From the NCBI GenBank assembly GCA_944358455.1, contig CALVRE010000043.1, forward strand, positions 8,827 to 72,826: a stretch of DNA of 64,000 bases, read 5' to 3'. Made by a program: the position numbers and the translations under genes. The notes beneath the pieces are model-generated. The model saw only the letters and a program-made list of their open reading frames with translations, was not told where the DNA came from and ran no database searches. This stretch comes from an uncultured Bacilli bacterium. GTDB lineage: Bacteria; Bacillota_I; Bacilli_A; RF39; UBA660. How positions within the stretch are numbered: position 1 is the stretch's first letter; each line of letters starts with the position of its first letter. Below are positions 36,907 to 47,409 of this stretch, one piece after another.

Positions 36907-39286
36907 TATCTCTTAAACGAGCACCAGTTTTCGTCTCTACTTCACGAATCATTTTATTAAAAATCGTCATGACTTCTTCATCAGTCAAGGTTTTCGTAGG
37001 ATCTTGGAAGGTTAAGGAATAAGCAACTGATTTTTCATTTTCTAAAACATTTTCTCCGACATAGACATCAAAAACATCTAAATCACTCAAATATCTTCCA
37101 CCTACTCGTTTTAATATATTCATGACGGTTTCACTCGTCATATCTTTTGGCATAACAAACGCTAAATCTTTATGAATAGAAGGATATTTAGGGGTTTCTT
37201 TAAATTTAATAATACGTACTTTTTTCGAAAGTAGCTTATCGATACTAAGTTCGAACACATAAATTTCTTTTTTATTGATCGAAGGATGTACTTGTCCTAA
37301 GTATCCAATTACATCATTATCAACTAATACTGCACAACTTCTACCAGGATGTAATTCTTTTAAGATTGGTGTCGTTTTAAATTGATAACGATTATTAAGA
37401 CCTAAATATTTCAATATATTTTCGATGATTCCTTTCAATAAATAGAAATCGACTTTGACACGAAGTTGTTGCCAATCGTTCGAAAAATAAGTTCCATATA
37501 GTAAACCAGCAATCTTCGCTTCTTCATGATAACCGTCTTCTTTCGTATATACACTTCCCGCTTCAAAAATCATAATATCATTTTGCTTACGGGCAACATT
37601 GTATTCCCATACTTTTAGTAAAGATGGTAAAATACTTTTTCTCATCACCTTTTTATCATCGCTCATCGGTTCTAGTAATACGACATCGTCCGTTTCCTTA
37701 TCAGTAAAGAGATTCGCTTCTTTTTCACTTACCAAGGAATAAGTGATCACTTGACTTAGTCCCATACCTTCTAAACGACGACGTAATTCTTTCTCCATTC
37801 TTTGTTTCGGAGAAATTTCACCACGTTTGATTGAAACAATTGGCATATGTCCTTCGACATGATCATAACCATAAATACGACCTACTTCTTCGATCAAGTC
37901 TTCAGCAATTTCAATATCCAAACGTCTCGTTGGCACGACGACATGCAAGTTTTCGCCATTTACTGTCGTTTCAAATCCCAAACGTTCGAAGACATCACAA
38001 ACGATATCAATCGTTAAATTCATTCCTAAGACTTGATTAATTTTTGATAAAGTAACATCGATTTCCTTATTCTCATGGTGCGCTTTATCGTGAGTTAAAA
38101 TACCGCCTGTCACTTCACCACTCGCATATTCTTGTAACAAGTAACATGCGCGTTTTAGGGCAAGCTCCGTACGATTTGGATCAATCCCTTTTTCATAACG
38201 ATTACTTGATTCACTTTTCAGAATGCGTTTCGATGTATGACGAATATGATAAGAGTCAAAAATTGCAGATTCGATAAAAATATTCTTCGTATCCATCTCT
38301 ACTTCCGTTGACAGACCGCCCATGACACCAGCTAAAGCTACCACTTCTTTATCATTGGCAATGACAATGTCCGTATCATTCAAAATACGATCTTGCCCGT
38401 CCAATGTCGTAACATGCTCTCCTTCTTTGGCATCACGAACAATGACATGATGTCCTAATCGATCAGCATCGAACAAATGAAGTGGTTGACCATATTCTAA
38501 CATGACATAATTACTGATATCGACAACGTTATTGATAGGTCGAATCCCGCTTGCCATAAGTCTTGCTTTCATCCATCTTGGACTTTCTTTAATCACCACA
38601 TTTTTCACTAATTTTCCTAAATAAATAGGCGCATTCTCGGTTTTTACTTCCAATCGATAATGATCGTTGATATCTTCTTTTGACTCCTTAGAATCGATAA
38701 TCGGAAGTTTTACCGGGCGATTATAAATTGCTCCTATTTCATAGGCCATTCCAAGTACACTTAATAAATCAGCTCGATTACTCGTGAGCTCGAAATCGAT
38801 TGCTTCATCGTCAAACCCAAGATAAGCTAAAGCATCACTTCCTACGATGGCATCATCTGGTAAAACATGAATTCCAGCTTTATCTTCTTCCGTTACATAT
38901 TTACTTTCCAAGCCTAGTTCAGCTAAAGAACAAATCATACCATTACTATCAAGTCCTGCTAGTTTCGCTTTCTTAATTTCGATTCCACCAGGTAATGTCG
39001 CTCCTATTTTAGCAACAATTACTTTTTGCCCAGCATCCACATTAGGCGCTCCACAAATAATTTGTTGTACCTCATCTCCTAAATCCACTTCACAAATATG
39101 AAGCTTTTTACTTTCTGGATGCATCTTACAAGACTTTACATATCCCACAACAAGATTCGTAGCAGCACTTATCGGTTCGATACTTTCGTATTCATTCCCC
39201 GCAAATACCATTTTTTCAGCAAGTTCATGATAGTCGATATCATGAATATCGATATATTCACTTACAAAACTTTTACTGAGACGCAT
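36902..39286 (-). CDS. pheT: phenylalanine--tRNA ligase beta subunit
   Basis: 794 aa with tRNA-binding, B3/B4, B5 and FDX-ACB domain order. It overlaps the pheS stop. Confidence 0.9.
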   Translation of the reverse strand: MRLSKSFVSEYIDIHDIDYHELAEKMVFAGNEYESIEPISAATNLVVGYVKSCKMHPESKKLHICEVDLGDEVQQIICGAPNVDAGQKVIVAKIGATLPGGIEIKKAKLAGLDSNGMICSLAELGLESKYVTEEDKAGIHVLPDDAIVGSDALAYLGFDDEAIDFELTSNRADLLSVLGMAYEIGAIYNRPVKLPIIDSKESKEDINDHYRLEVKTENAPIYLGKLVKNVVIKESPRWMKARLMASGIRPINNVVDISNYVMLEYGQPLHLFDADRLGHHVIVRDAKEGEHVTTLDGQDRILNDTDIVIANDKEVVALAGVMGGLSTEVEMDTKNIFIESAIFDSYHIRHTSKRILKSESSNRYEKGIDPNRTELALKRACYLLQEYASGEVTGGILTHDKAHHENKEIDVTLSKINQVLGMNLTIDIVCDVFERLGFETTVNGENLHVVVPTRRLDIEIAEDLIEEVGRIYGYDHVEGHMPIVSIKRGEISPKQRMEKELRRRLEGMGLSQVITYSLVSEKEANLFTDKETDDVVLLEPMSDDKKVMRKSILPSLLKVWEYNVARKQNDIMIFEAGSVYTKEDGYHEEAKIAGLLYGTYFSNDWQQLRVKVDFYLLKGIIENILKYLGLNNRYQFKTTPILKELHPGRSCAVLVDNDVIGYLGQVHPSINKKEIYVFELSIDKLLSKKVRIIKFKETPKYPSIHKDLAFVMPKDMTSETVMNILKRVGGRYLSDLDVFDVYVGENVLENEKSVAYSLTFQDPTKTLTDEEVMTIFNKMIREVETKTGARLRDK

Positions 39287-40335
39287 TATTTATCACCTCC
39301 GTTGACACGATTAAAATCATTTAAGAAACGAACATCATTCGTATAAAAATTGCGAATATCGTTAATACCATATTTCAACATAGCAACTCTTTCTGGTCCA
39401 ATTCCAAAAGCAAATCCGGTATATTTTTCTGGATCGTATCCATTATCACGTAGTACATTTGGATGTACCATACCTGCTCCTAAAATTTCAATCCAACCAT
39501 TTCCTTTACAAAGTGAACATCCTACTCCACCACATTTGAAGCAAGAAACATCAACTTCGATCGAAGGTTCTGTAAATGGGAAGAAACTAGGGCGAAAACG
39601 AATCGTACGATCTTCTCCAAACATTTTTTTTGCAAAGATTTCAAGCGTTCCTTTTAAATCGGCCATCGAAATATTCTGATCGATTACTAATCCTTCTATT
39701 TGTGTAAACTGATGAGAATGAGTTGCATCATCGTTATCTCTTCGATAAGTCTTTCCAGGACAAATCATACGAATTGGTCCCTTTTCGCTATTTGCTTCCA
39801 TCGTACGTGCCTGTACAGCAGATGTTTGTGTACGAAGTAACATTTCATCGGTAATATAAAAACTATCTTGACTATCACGCGCTGGATGACCTTTCGGTAA
39901 ATTCAATTTTTCGAAATTGTAGAGATCTTGCTCGATTTCTGGACCCTCTACAACATCATATCCCATCGACGTAAATAGCTCTTCTACCTCATCGATCACT
40001 TTTGTAATCGGATGAGTTCCTCCAACATGCACTTTCGTACTAGGAAGTGTAATATCGATGGTATCTTCTTTTAATTTGCGTTCCATTTCGATTCGTTCCA
40101 ATTCTTCTTTGCGCTTTTCTACCAATGTATTTACTTCGTCTTTAAGATCATTTAACGCTTTTCCAAATTCTTTCTTCTCTTCCGTAGATAAAGATCCCAT
40201 CATACTACTAAGAGCACTAATAGGCCCTTTCTTTCCTAAATAAGTTGTACGAAGCTCGTTTAACATTTTTAGATCACTTGCATCTTGCAACTTACAGATG
40301 ACTTCTTGTTTTAATCCTTCCATTTTCTCTTTCAT
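39286..40335 (-). CDS. pheS: phenylalanine--tRNA ligase alpha subunit
   Basis: 349 aa with class II motifs ([26 protein letters not shown]). AAGGAGG lies 4 nt before its ATG. Confidence 0.9.
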   Translation of the reverse strand: MKEKMEGLKQEVICKLQDASDLKMLNELRTTYLGKKGPISALSSMMGSLSTEEKKEFGKALNDLKDEVNTLVEKRKEELERIEMERKLKEDTIDITLPSTKVHVGGTHPITKVIDEVEELFTSMGYDVVEGPEIEQDLYNFEKLNLPKGHPARDSQDSFYITDEMLLRTQTSAVQARTMEANSEKGPIRMICPGKTYRRDNDDATHSHQFTQIEGLVIDQNISMADLKGTLEIFAKKMFGEDRTIRFRPSFFPFTEPSIEVDVSCFKCGGVGCSLCKGNGWIEILGAGMVHPNVLRDNGYDPEKYTGFAFGIGPERVAMLKYGINDIRNFYTNDVRFLNDFNRVNGGDK

Positions 40336-40600
40336 AAATCCTCCTTGTTTTCTTGTGGTATAAAAAAATCACATCCTAATAAGGACGTGATGACGTGGTA
40401 CCACCTTAATTCGTAGATTATTCTACCTCGAGACTATAACGCGTCACCGTTTTATGTTTTCTCATAAACTGCTCCAAGACGAATTCATAAAGTATGACGA
40501 TCTATTTCCACCAACCATAGACTCTCTATTCGCCTTTCCTTTATTACTACTTCTCTTCTTCGCTTTGATAACTAGTTTTAATTATATCATAAAATAATTA
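40336..40600 (-). promoter_or_regulatory. T-box riboswitch leader for pheST
   Basis: The minus strand has the T-box sequence AAGGTGGTACCACG (plus 40394-40407), followed by a terminator hairpin (AUCACGUCC...GGAUGUGAU) and a U-run. The Stem I AGAGAG-type motifs are shared with the ileS leader. Confidence 0.6.
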
Positions 40601-40616
40601 GAATGCAAGTAAAACT

Positions 40617-40994
40617 TTATGAAGCAGTGCATTCTGTACTTTCGACCAATGTCGTTTTCACATTACGATTTTGCCCAACTTCTACTCTCACTACTCTCGA
40701 TAGAGGCACATTCGTTCCGGTTTTCGCATCTTGAATTGGTTCTTGTAACATTCCATTATCCACTAATTCCTGTAAAGTAATACAATAAATATCACCGTCA
40801 TTTAATGGATACGTATTTTGATTACGATCGATCCATAATTCCGTTGCACTATAAATAATTTCTAAAGTTGCGTCACTTAGTTCATCTTTCGAACGATTGA
40901 GCTGATTGATAATAGGTGGAAAGGCAATGATAGCAAGTACCGCAATCACTGTAATAACTCCCAATAACTCTGCTAATGTGAATCCCTTTTTCAT
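40617..40994 (-). CDS. type IV pilin or pseudopilin (125 aa)
   Basis: MKKGFTLAELLGVITVIAVLAIIAFPPI is a prepilin class III signal with G|F and E+5. It has two Cys near the C-terminus. Confidence 0.7.
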   Translation of the reverse strand: MKKGFTLAELLGVITVIAVLAIIAFPPIINQLNRSKDELSDATLEIIYSATELWIDRNQNTYPLNDGDIYCITLQELVDNGMLQEPIQDAKTGTNVPLSRVVRVEVGQNRNVKTTLVESTECTAS

Positions 40995-41001
40995 ATATCT
41001 C

Positions 41002-41388
41002 CTATTTTACCTCCGTACAATTTCCCGACTTAACAATATTATGTTCTGTTATCTTACCATCTTCACCAATGCGTATTTCGACCACTCTTGTCAGTTCAAT
41101 TTCTTTACCTGTCGAAGCATCTTCTAATGGTTCAAATAACAAATGCTCATCTACTAATGTCTGCAAAGTCACACAATATACATGATCTTTTTTCATAGGA
41201 TATGTATCTGGATCATCTTTAATATAAAGATCAGCAGCATTGTAAATCAGACTCGAAGTAGCTTCGCTAATACCTTCCTTTGAACGTTTAATTTGATTGA
41301 TAATGGGAGGAAATGATAATAGTGCTAATATCCCCAATACTACAATTACTCCTAATAATTCTGTCAATGTGAATCCTTTTTTTCTCAC
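41002..41388 (-). CDS. type IV pilin or pseudopilin (128 aa), paralog of the adjacent gene
   Basis: MRKKGFTLTELLGVIVVLGILALLSFPPI, with two Cys. It has a GTG start and an AGGTGA RBS. About 45 percent of positions are shared with the neighbouring pilin. Confidence 0.7.
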   Translation of the reverse strand: MRKKGFTLTELLGVIVVLGILALLSFPPIINQIKRSKEGISEATSSLIYNAADLYIKDDPDTYPMKKDHVYCVTLQTLVDEHLLFEPLEDASTGKEIELTRVVEIRIGEDGKITEHNIVKSGNCTEVK

Positions 41389-41413
41389 ATTATCACCTAT
41401 CCTTATTTATCAT

Positions 41414-41440
41414 TATAATGGTTTTTCTAGTATTTGTAAA
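41414..41440 (-). promoter_or_regulatory. sigma-A-type promoter for the tandem pilin genes
   Basis: The minus strand reads TTTACA-17nt-TATAAT, directly downstream of the rpmF stop. Confidence 0.4.
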
Positions 41441-41456
41441 GCAAGAAAAAAAACAA

Positions 41457-41648
41457 CTATTTCGTTGTTTCTTCGTTTTTCTTAATAACGTCTTTGCCTT
41501 TATATGTTCCACATTCTGGACATACTCTATGTGGTCTTACTTCTGCTCCACATTTTGGACATTTTACCGTTCCATTCGCACTGATCTTGTAATGAGTACG
41601 ACGCATTCTTCCTCTCGTCTTACTTACTTTTCTAAATGGTACAGCCAT
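41457..41648 (-). CDS. rpmF: 50S ribosomal protein L32
   Basis: [21 protein letters not shown]... with CPKCG...CPECG. Confidence 0.85.
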   Translation of the reverse strand: MAVPFRKVSKTRGRMRRTHYKISANGTVKCPKCGAEVRPHRVCPECGTYKGKDVIKKNEETTK

Positions 41649-41663
41649 GTTAACACCTCTTTC

Positions 41664-42152
41664 TTATAATAGATCTTTTAGCTTTTCTAATGCTGGATTA
41701 ATTTCCTTATTTTCTTCTTCCGTTATGAATTTCCATCCTTCTCCCTCTAATTTCTGTTCTTCCATGAGAGCTTCTGGACTCACAACACGCATAGGAATTT
41801 CCATTAATATATTTTCCCATATTATTGGTAAAATATCAAGGGTATTCTCCTCTTTTTTTTCATTTTTACCAATTTCTTCGAGCATTTCTTTTAAGTTTCC
41901 TTCTACATCAATATGAAATGGATGGAAAACTGGTTTCAATGTGATCGCGCATGGCAATTGCATCACACCATCGATCGAAAGACGTATCTCTAGTTCACCT
42001 AGCGCATCTTTTTCGATGACTCCCTTGACTTTCACATCATCGAGCGATAGTAGATCTCCTTGTTTTAAATATTCTTCCGAAAAAGAATAAATCTCATCGA
42101 TCGCGATATAAGAATCAAAACCTGTTTTTAATCTCGTTAAATCAATTTCCAT
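41664..42152 (-). CDS. yceD: YceD/DUF177 family protein
   Basis: 162 aa and acidic, in the conserved position immediately upstream of rpmF. Confidence 0.65.
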   Translation of the reverse strand: MEIDLTRLKTGFDSYIAIDEIYSFSEEYLKQGDLLSLDDVKVKGVIEKDALGELEIRLSIDGVMQLPCAITLKPVFHPFHIDVEGNLKEMLEEIGKNEKKEENTLDILPIIWENILMEIPMRVVSPEALMEEQKLEGEGWKFITEEENKEINPALEKLKDLL

Positions 42153-42209
42153 AAATCACCACCAGTTTTTCAACATTAACATTATACAGAACTTTTTCTT
42201 TCTTTGCAA

Positions 42210-43064
42210 CTAGTGCTTATAAAGAAGCTTTGGTTCTTTTTCTTGTAATATGTTTTGGTATGCAGCATAACATACGTAAGATACGCCATCCTCTACCATT
42301 GTCTCTAGTCCATTTAAATCATGATAATCTAAACGATTGACATACTCTGGTTGATAGAAACGTTCATAATCTTCTTTTCTCATATAAATACCTGTATTGA
42401 CATCGTAACAATAATCATCTTTTTCCAACCATGAATGAATCACACGAAGATTCGGAATTTGTGAATTGACATATCCTGTACAAATATCTGCTTTTAAATA
42501 TTTCGCACAGATTCCGGATAAGGTATGACAATTTTTAGGACCTAATAACTCGATATTGGTCTTTAATTCCTGTAATTCTTCTGATGGAATTTGATCGTAG
42601 AAATCTCCGATCAATAATGGACCATATGCACTATCAAACAAACGATCACTACCATTTTTTAAAACGAGACGGGCCTTTGGAGCAATCGATCCTAATTTCT
42701 TTTCTCCATTCACCACTTCCGATAATTCACTGATAAAATTCAATTTTTTGATTTCTTCAAATTGATCTTCTATCTTATGTTCATAATCGATAAAATACTG
42801 AGGAAGGAAATGATAAGAAGAAAAGTATTTATTCATAAAATCTAAAGTTAAAACCGCATTCGGGTGTTTTTCCATCTCTTTTTTTACTTCCTTTAATACA
42901 TGCAATTCCCTTCTTAACTCACTATTCCCACTGATCGTACGACCCAAATCATGTTGAATCTCTCGTACACTTTCCACAATCATACGACGTAAATAACGAT
43001 CGATGGCATCGATGACTATCTCATCTGCCCTTTTGATTTCTTCTATTACTTCTGCTTTAAACAT
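42210..43064 (-). CDS. hypothetical protein (284 aa)
   Basis: No signal peptide and no recognisable motifs. Confidence 0.45.
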   Translation of the reverse strand: MFKAEVIEEIKRADEIVIDAIDRYLRRMIVESVREIQHDLGRTISGNSELRRELHVLKEVKKEMEKHPNAVLTLDFMNKYFSSYHFLPQYFIDYEHKIEDQFEEIKKLNFISELSEVVNGEKKLGSIAPKARLVLKNGSDRLFDSAYGPLLIGDFYDQIPSEELQELKTNIELLGPKNCHTLSGICAKYLKADICTGYVNSQIPNLRVIHSWLEKDDYCYDVNTGIYMRKEDYERFYQPEYVNRLDYHDLNGLETMVEDGVSYVCYAAYQNILQEKEPKLLYKH

Positions 43065-43161
43065 TTTATCACCTTTTTCAAAATACGTATTCCCTATTAT
43101 ATCGGAATCTTACGAATTGTCAAATAGATTTTTTTCTGATATGATACGTGCAGGTGATAGT

Positions 43162-44265
43162 ATGACAACAATCGGTATCATATGTGAATTTAATCCTTTT
43201 CACAATGGACATTCCTATTTTATTCAAAAAATAAAAGAAGCATACCCCGATAGTACCATTATCTGTGTGATGAGCGGGAATTATGTCGAACGTGGTGAAG
43301 TGAGTATAATCGATAAATGGCAAAAAACCAATATAGCTCTAGAGAATGACATTGATTTAGTCGTCGAACTTCCTTTTGTTTTTGCTAGTCAAAGTGCCGA
43401 TTTATTCTGTAGAGGAAGCGTTTCGATCTTACATGCCTTAAATGTTGATCGTATCATCTTTGGAAGTGAATCCAATAACATTGGACTACTAAAGTCGCTC
43501 GCTCATGTACAACTGACAGATGAATATAATCAAAAAGTCAAAAAGTATATGAAAAATGGTGATAACTATCCTACCGCAATGGCCAAAGCATTTGATGATT
43601 CAACAGATATTTCCAAACTTGGACCAAATGATACATTGGGGATCGGTTATATTCGAGAACTAGAGAAATTACAAAGTTCCATTGAAGTATCGACGATTCA
43701 AAGAACCAATGATTATCACGCGACCGATATTACAGGTTCCTTCATCAGTGCAACGGCTGCAAGAAATTTGATCAATCAAAAAATAGATGTTTCCTCTTAT
43801 CTTCCATACGATATTACCAAAATGGCACTTCATTTTAATGATGATTACTTTTCTTTATTAAAATACAAAATCATAAGTGAGACCGATCTCAGTAAATATC
43901 AAACAGTCGATGAAGGAATTGAACATCGATTAAAAAAATATGTTCTAGAAGCGAATAATTTCGACGAATTGATCCAAAAGGTCAAAACCAAGCGATATAC
44001 GTATCACAAACTATCGCGCATGTTCATTCATATTCTCACTTCTTTTACAAAAGAAGAAGGAAGGATTTATAAAGAACCAACGTATATACGCATATTAGGA
44101 TTCAATCATAAAGGAAGGCAATATTTAAAAAAAATAAAAAAGAATTGCCCACTTCCGATTCTAACAAAGTATCAGGCTGGATATCCAATGTTAGAGATAG
44201 AAAGTCGTACTTCTCTTATTTACGATCAAAGTTTAGAATATCGCCAAAAAACGATTCAAAAATAA
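43162..44265 (+). CDS. tmcAL: tRNA(Met) cytidine acetate ligase TmcAL (YlbM, DUF795 nucleotidyltransferase)
   Basis: The HxGH motif appears in GIICEFNPFHNGH. Size and order match YlbM. AGGTGA lies before the ATG at 43162. Confidence 0.6.
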   Translation: MTTIGIICEFNPFHNGHSYFIQKIKEAYPDSTIICVMSGNYVERGEVSIIDKWQKTNIALENDIDLVVELPFVFASQSADLFCRGSVSILHALNVDRIIFGSESNNIGLLKSLAHVQLTDEYNQKVKKYMKNGDNYPTAMAKAFDDSTDISKLGPNDTLGIGYIRELEKLQSSIEVSTIQRTNDYHATDITGSFISATAARNLINQKIDVSSYLPYDITKMALHFNDDYFSLLKYKIISETDLSKYQTVDEGIEHRLKKYVLEANNFDELIQKVKTKRYTYHKLSRMFIHILTSFTKEEGRIYKEPTYIRILGFNHKGRQYLKKIKKNCPLPILTKYQAGYPMLEIESRTSLIYDQSLEYRQKTIQK

Positions 44266-44269
44266 CAAG

Positions 44270-44301
44270 GAAAGGACAAAGTCATGACTTTGTCCTTTTT
44301 C
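44270..44301. terminator. bidirectional terminator between tmcAL and the nitroreductase gene
   Basis: A long perfect hairpin, AAAGGACAAAGTC-atg-GACTTTGTCCTTTTT. Confidence 0.6.
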
Positions 44302-44374
44302 ACTTCTCTTTGTATATTGATACATACGATTCTAACATTCATCTACGATTTTAGTGTATCATTTACAATCATAA

Positions 44375-44863
44375 TTACCATTTTTCATGATGAATTCTCG
44401 TAACATCAAATTTATTATTTACACTTTTCTCTTCATTAGGATAACCCAATGCCATCAAGGAAAAAACATGATAGTCTGTAGGAATTTCAAAACGTGTACG
44501 AATTTTCTTTTCGTCTTCTCCATCGGGCTTGATTCCCAACCAACAAGTACCTAATCCTAAGCTAGTTGCTTCTAACATCATATTTTGCATACATGCTCCC
44601 ATATCTTGTTGCCAAAACTCGGTATTAGGCTTTGCGATACAAATGATACAACAAGGAGCTTCTTTTAACATCAATGCATATTTTTTGATTTCCGATAATT
44701 CCCATAGACAATTTTTATCTTGAACCACGATAAAGTTCCATGGTTCATTATTCTTTGCAGATGGTGCATTCATCCCAGCTTTTAAAATTTTCTCAACATC
44801 TTCTTGTGCAACGTCTTTTGTTTGATACTTGCGAATACTTCTTCTCTTATAAATTGTCTCCAT
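44375..44863 (-). CDS. nitroreductase family protein
   Basis: METIYKRRSIRKY at the N-terminus, about 160 aa, FMN-dependent nitroreductase fold pattern. Confidence 0.7.
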   Translation of the reverse strand: METIYKRRSIRKYQTKDVAQEDVEKILKAGMNAPSAKNNEPWNFIVVQDKNCLWELSEIKKYALMLKEAPCCIICIAKPNTEFWQQDMGACMQNMMLEATSLGLGTCWLGIKPDGEDEKKIRTRFEIPTDYHVFSLMALGYPNEEKSVNNKFDVTRIHHEKW

Positions 44864-44873
44864 ACTATCCCTC

Positions 44874-45689
44874 CTATTTTTGACATTTTGGACAATAATA
44901 AGTACCGCGACCCCCAACTTTGATCTTCACAATATCATGACCACAAATCGGACATGTTTCCTTTCCATGAACGAATAATTCATGTTGAAACAAGCCATGT
45001 ACTCCTTCTGATGATTCATAACTTCGAATCGTCGTTCCCCCAGCATGAATCGCTTTTTCTAAGACGATCCTCGTATTATCAATAATGGCTTGTAGTTCTC
45101 GTTTCGTTAGACTATTTGCCGGTGTGAGTGGACGAATATGACTCATAAACAAAACCTCATCATCGTAGATATTACCAATTCCAACAATAATACTTTGATC
45201 TAATAAAGCTGTTTTAATGGGAATTTTTTTATTTTGAAATTGCTCTTTTAAATATGTTACAGTAAGTTTCTCATCCCACGGTTCTAACCCTAACTCATTT
45301 AAAGGTCTACGAAGATTCAATTCCTCCTTTTTAAGCAAATGCATTCGTCCAAACTTTCGCGTATCATGATATCGAAGCTCTCTTCCATCATCAAGCAGAA
45401 AAGCAACATGTTCATGCCTTCCCACCTCATCTTCTGGTGCTCGAAACAAGTATTTTCCTTCCATACGTAAATGACTCAACAAATAATAATCCTCTAACTC
45501 AAATAAAATCCATTTCCCTCTTCTTTTTAAATCGACAATTTCTTGATCTACCAATTCTCTTTGAAAAGTTTCAAGATCTGGAAATTCAATGATATTAGGG
45601 TAAAAGATTCGTACCCCTTTAATGACACGTCCAAGAAGTTCTCTCTTGAGCGTTTCTTTCACTGTTTCAACCTCTGGTAGTTCTGGCAT
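44874..45689 (-). CDS. mutM: formamidopyrimidine-DNA glycosylase
   Basis: MPELPEVETV at the N-terminus and a C-terminal zinc finger CPICG...CPKCQ. Confidence 0.85.
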   Translation of the reverse strand: MPELPEVETVKETLKRELLGRVIKGVRIFYPNIIEFPDLETFQRELVDQEIVDLKRRGKWILFELEDYYLLSHLRMEGKYLFRAPEDEVGRHEHVAFLLDDGRELRYHDTRKFGRMHLLKKEELNLRRPLNELGLEPWDEKLTVTYLKEQFQNKKIPIKTALLDQSIIVGIGNIYDDEVLFMSHIRPLTPANSLTKRELQAIIDNTRIVLEKAIHAGGTTIRSYESSEGVHGLFQHELFVHGKETCPICGHDIVKIKVGGRGTYYCPKCQK

Positions 45690-45955
45690 TCAATCACCTT
45701 CCTAAATTTATTATAACATATCAAAATATCCTTATAACAAATAAAAAAGGAATTCACCCCATAATTAATTTATTATTATAACATAATAAAACTTTTTCAT
45801 ATCTCATTACAAAATAAAAAATCTAGATTTCTCTAGATTGATATATAGATAGAAAAATAGGGCTCCATCATAATGACAGTGCCCTTGCAAAAATGTATTA
45901 CCATTTTTTCCTTGCATAGATAATATAACATATTTATTTATCTATGTCAAACCAT

Positions 45956-46957
45956 TTAATCAACATTTACATTATAATGATTTTTAATAATTTTATCAAA
46001 ATAAGCATATATTGACTGCAATAGTTCATTATTATTATAATATTCTTTATGTAAAATTATTCTTTCATAAAATAATTCTTTTATATCTTTGACCACATTC
46101 CTTTTAACCCCTACACTTGTTACTATTTCATTAAACATATAAAGAGTATAAGTCATTTGTCTGATTCTAGAATTACTTAATTTATGATTTCTTGCGTCTT
46201 TTCCTATCCCACAAGCATTTAAATAATTAACTATTTTATAGTCGGGAGCATATTTATTATCTTTTTTATCAAGATCACATAAAACGCAAGAATTATGAGC
46301 AACTGCATTTCTTAACTTTACAATTTCTCTTAAAATAAACACATTCTTAATTTCTTTCTTCAACTGGTATTCTTTGGCAAAAAAGTCGTAAAAATTTACT
46401 AACTCACCAAATGTTATGATCTCAAGAAATTCCCAAACAGGAATATTTTCTAATTTTTTATCTTTATCCATATCATATTTAGAAAATATTTTTTGATAAT
46501 ATTCACTCCCCACTTTTTTAAATATACTATTATGTATCTTTTTTGGAAATTTTTTGTCATTAAAATCCTGTGCTAAATACATATTAACAATTCTATATCC
46601 ATCTTCCTCATTAATCAACTCTATTAGATTCAAAATTCTAATTTTTAGGTAATGTTCAATGTCTATGATCATTTTAAAAAATAGTAGTCTTATTCTGTGA
46701 TCAATAATGGCCAAATCTTTCAGATAGGCAAAATCTAAATCGATAAAACGATCAACAAATTGACCGTTTATGAAATATCTTTAAAAATTATATTTATATG
46801 CTGTTATATTATAATAATTATTGTTATCTCTTAAATATTTTTCTGCTTCTTCTTCTGTTATTAATTCAAATTTGATATTTTTATTCTTTAAATAGGGACC
46901 CATTTCCGATACTTTCATCATAGGTCTTAATGTTGTTTCCTTAAAATGATCATTCAT
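45956..46957 (-). pseudogene. Abi_2 (AbiD/AbiF-type) abortive-infection gene interrupted by an in-frame TAA stop
   Basis: The ATG at 46955-46957 gives MNDHFKETTLRPMMKVSEMGPYLKNKNIKFELITEEEAEKYLRDNNNYYNITAYKYNF and then a TAA. Reading in the same frame continues RYFINGQFVDRFIDLDFAYLKDLAIIDHRIRLLFFKMIIDIEHYLK... to 45956, giving about 332 aa in total, like AbiD/AbiF. The gene is much more AT-rich than its flanks. Confidence 0.55.
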
Positions 46958-47038
46958 GTTACTTCACCTTCTTTTATAATTGTCTCCATTATATCATAAT
47001 CAGTTTATTATGCTAATATATTCCAAACAAAAAGGCCA

Positions 47039-47069
47039 AATTTTTTTGACCTTTTTAAGTTATTTTGAA
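47039..47069 (-). terminator. putative intrinsic terminator after the 106-aa gene
   Basis: The minus-strand hairpin GGUCAAA...UUUGGCC (one G-U pair) is followed by a U-run. Confidence 0.35.
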
Positions 47070-47088
47070 TTGCTTCTCATGAAAAATA

Positions 47089-47409
47089 TTAATAACGCTT
47101 GATATATTTCTTGGTATGTATTCCTTCTAATTCAGCTAACTTAAACTCATATCCCCAATCATAGTGATACATAAAAACCGTTTGTAACGCTATAGAAGCA
47201 CGCATTAAAGCATCATGACAACTCTGAAAAACAGTATCTTTTATAATTTCTTGATAACTTCGTTTGACAATTCCAGCTTGGGCATCTATTTCACCCGTTC
47301 GAACAAACCATGTTCGAATTTCGCCAGCAAATCTAGCTCCTTCTTCCATTGGTATATGACTATCTTGATAAAACTTCAGATACTCTTCTATTCCCGCATC
47401 TTTTCGCAT
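47089..47409 (-). CDS. hypothetical protein (106 aa)
   Basis: No recognisable family. It has an RBS-bearing start and normal GC content, and is separated from the Abi gene by a terminator. Confidence 0.4.
   Translation of the reverse strand: MRKDAGIEEYLKFYQDSHIPMEEGARFAGEIRTWFVRTGEIDAQAGIVKRSYQEIIKDTVFQSCHDALMRASIALQTVFMYHYDWGYEFKLAELEGIHTKKYIKRY

Noticed and set aside
46712-46714. ORF-track start (M) of the 252-aa Abi ORF at 46714
   Set aside because: The codon is TTG inside a continuous reading frame that extends upstream to an ATG at 46957 through a single TAA. I treat it as an interior part of an interrupted gene and not a true start.
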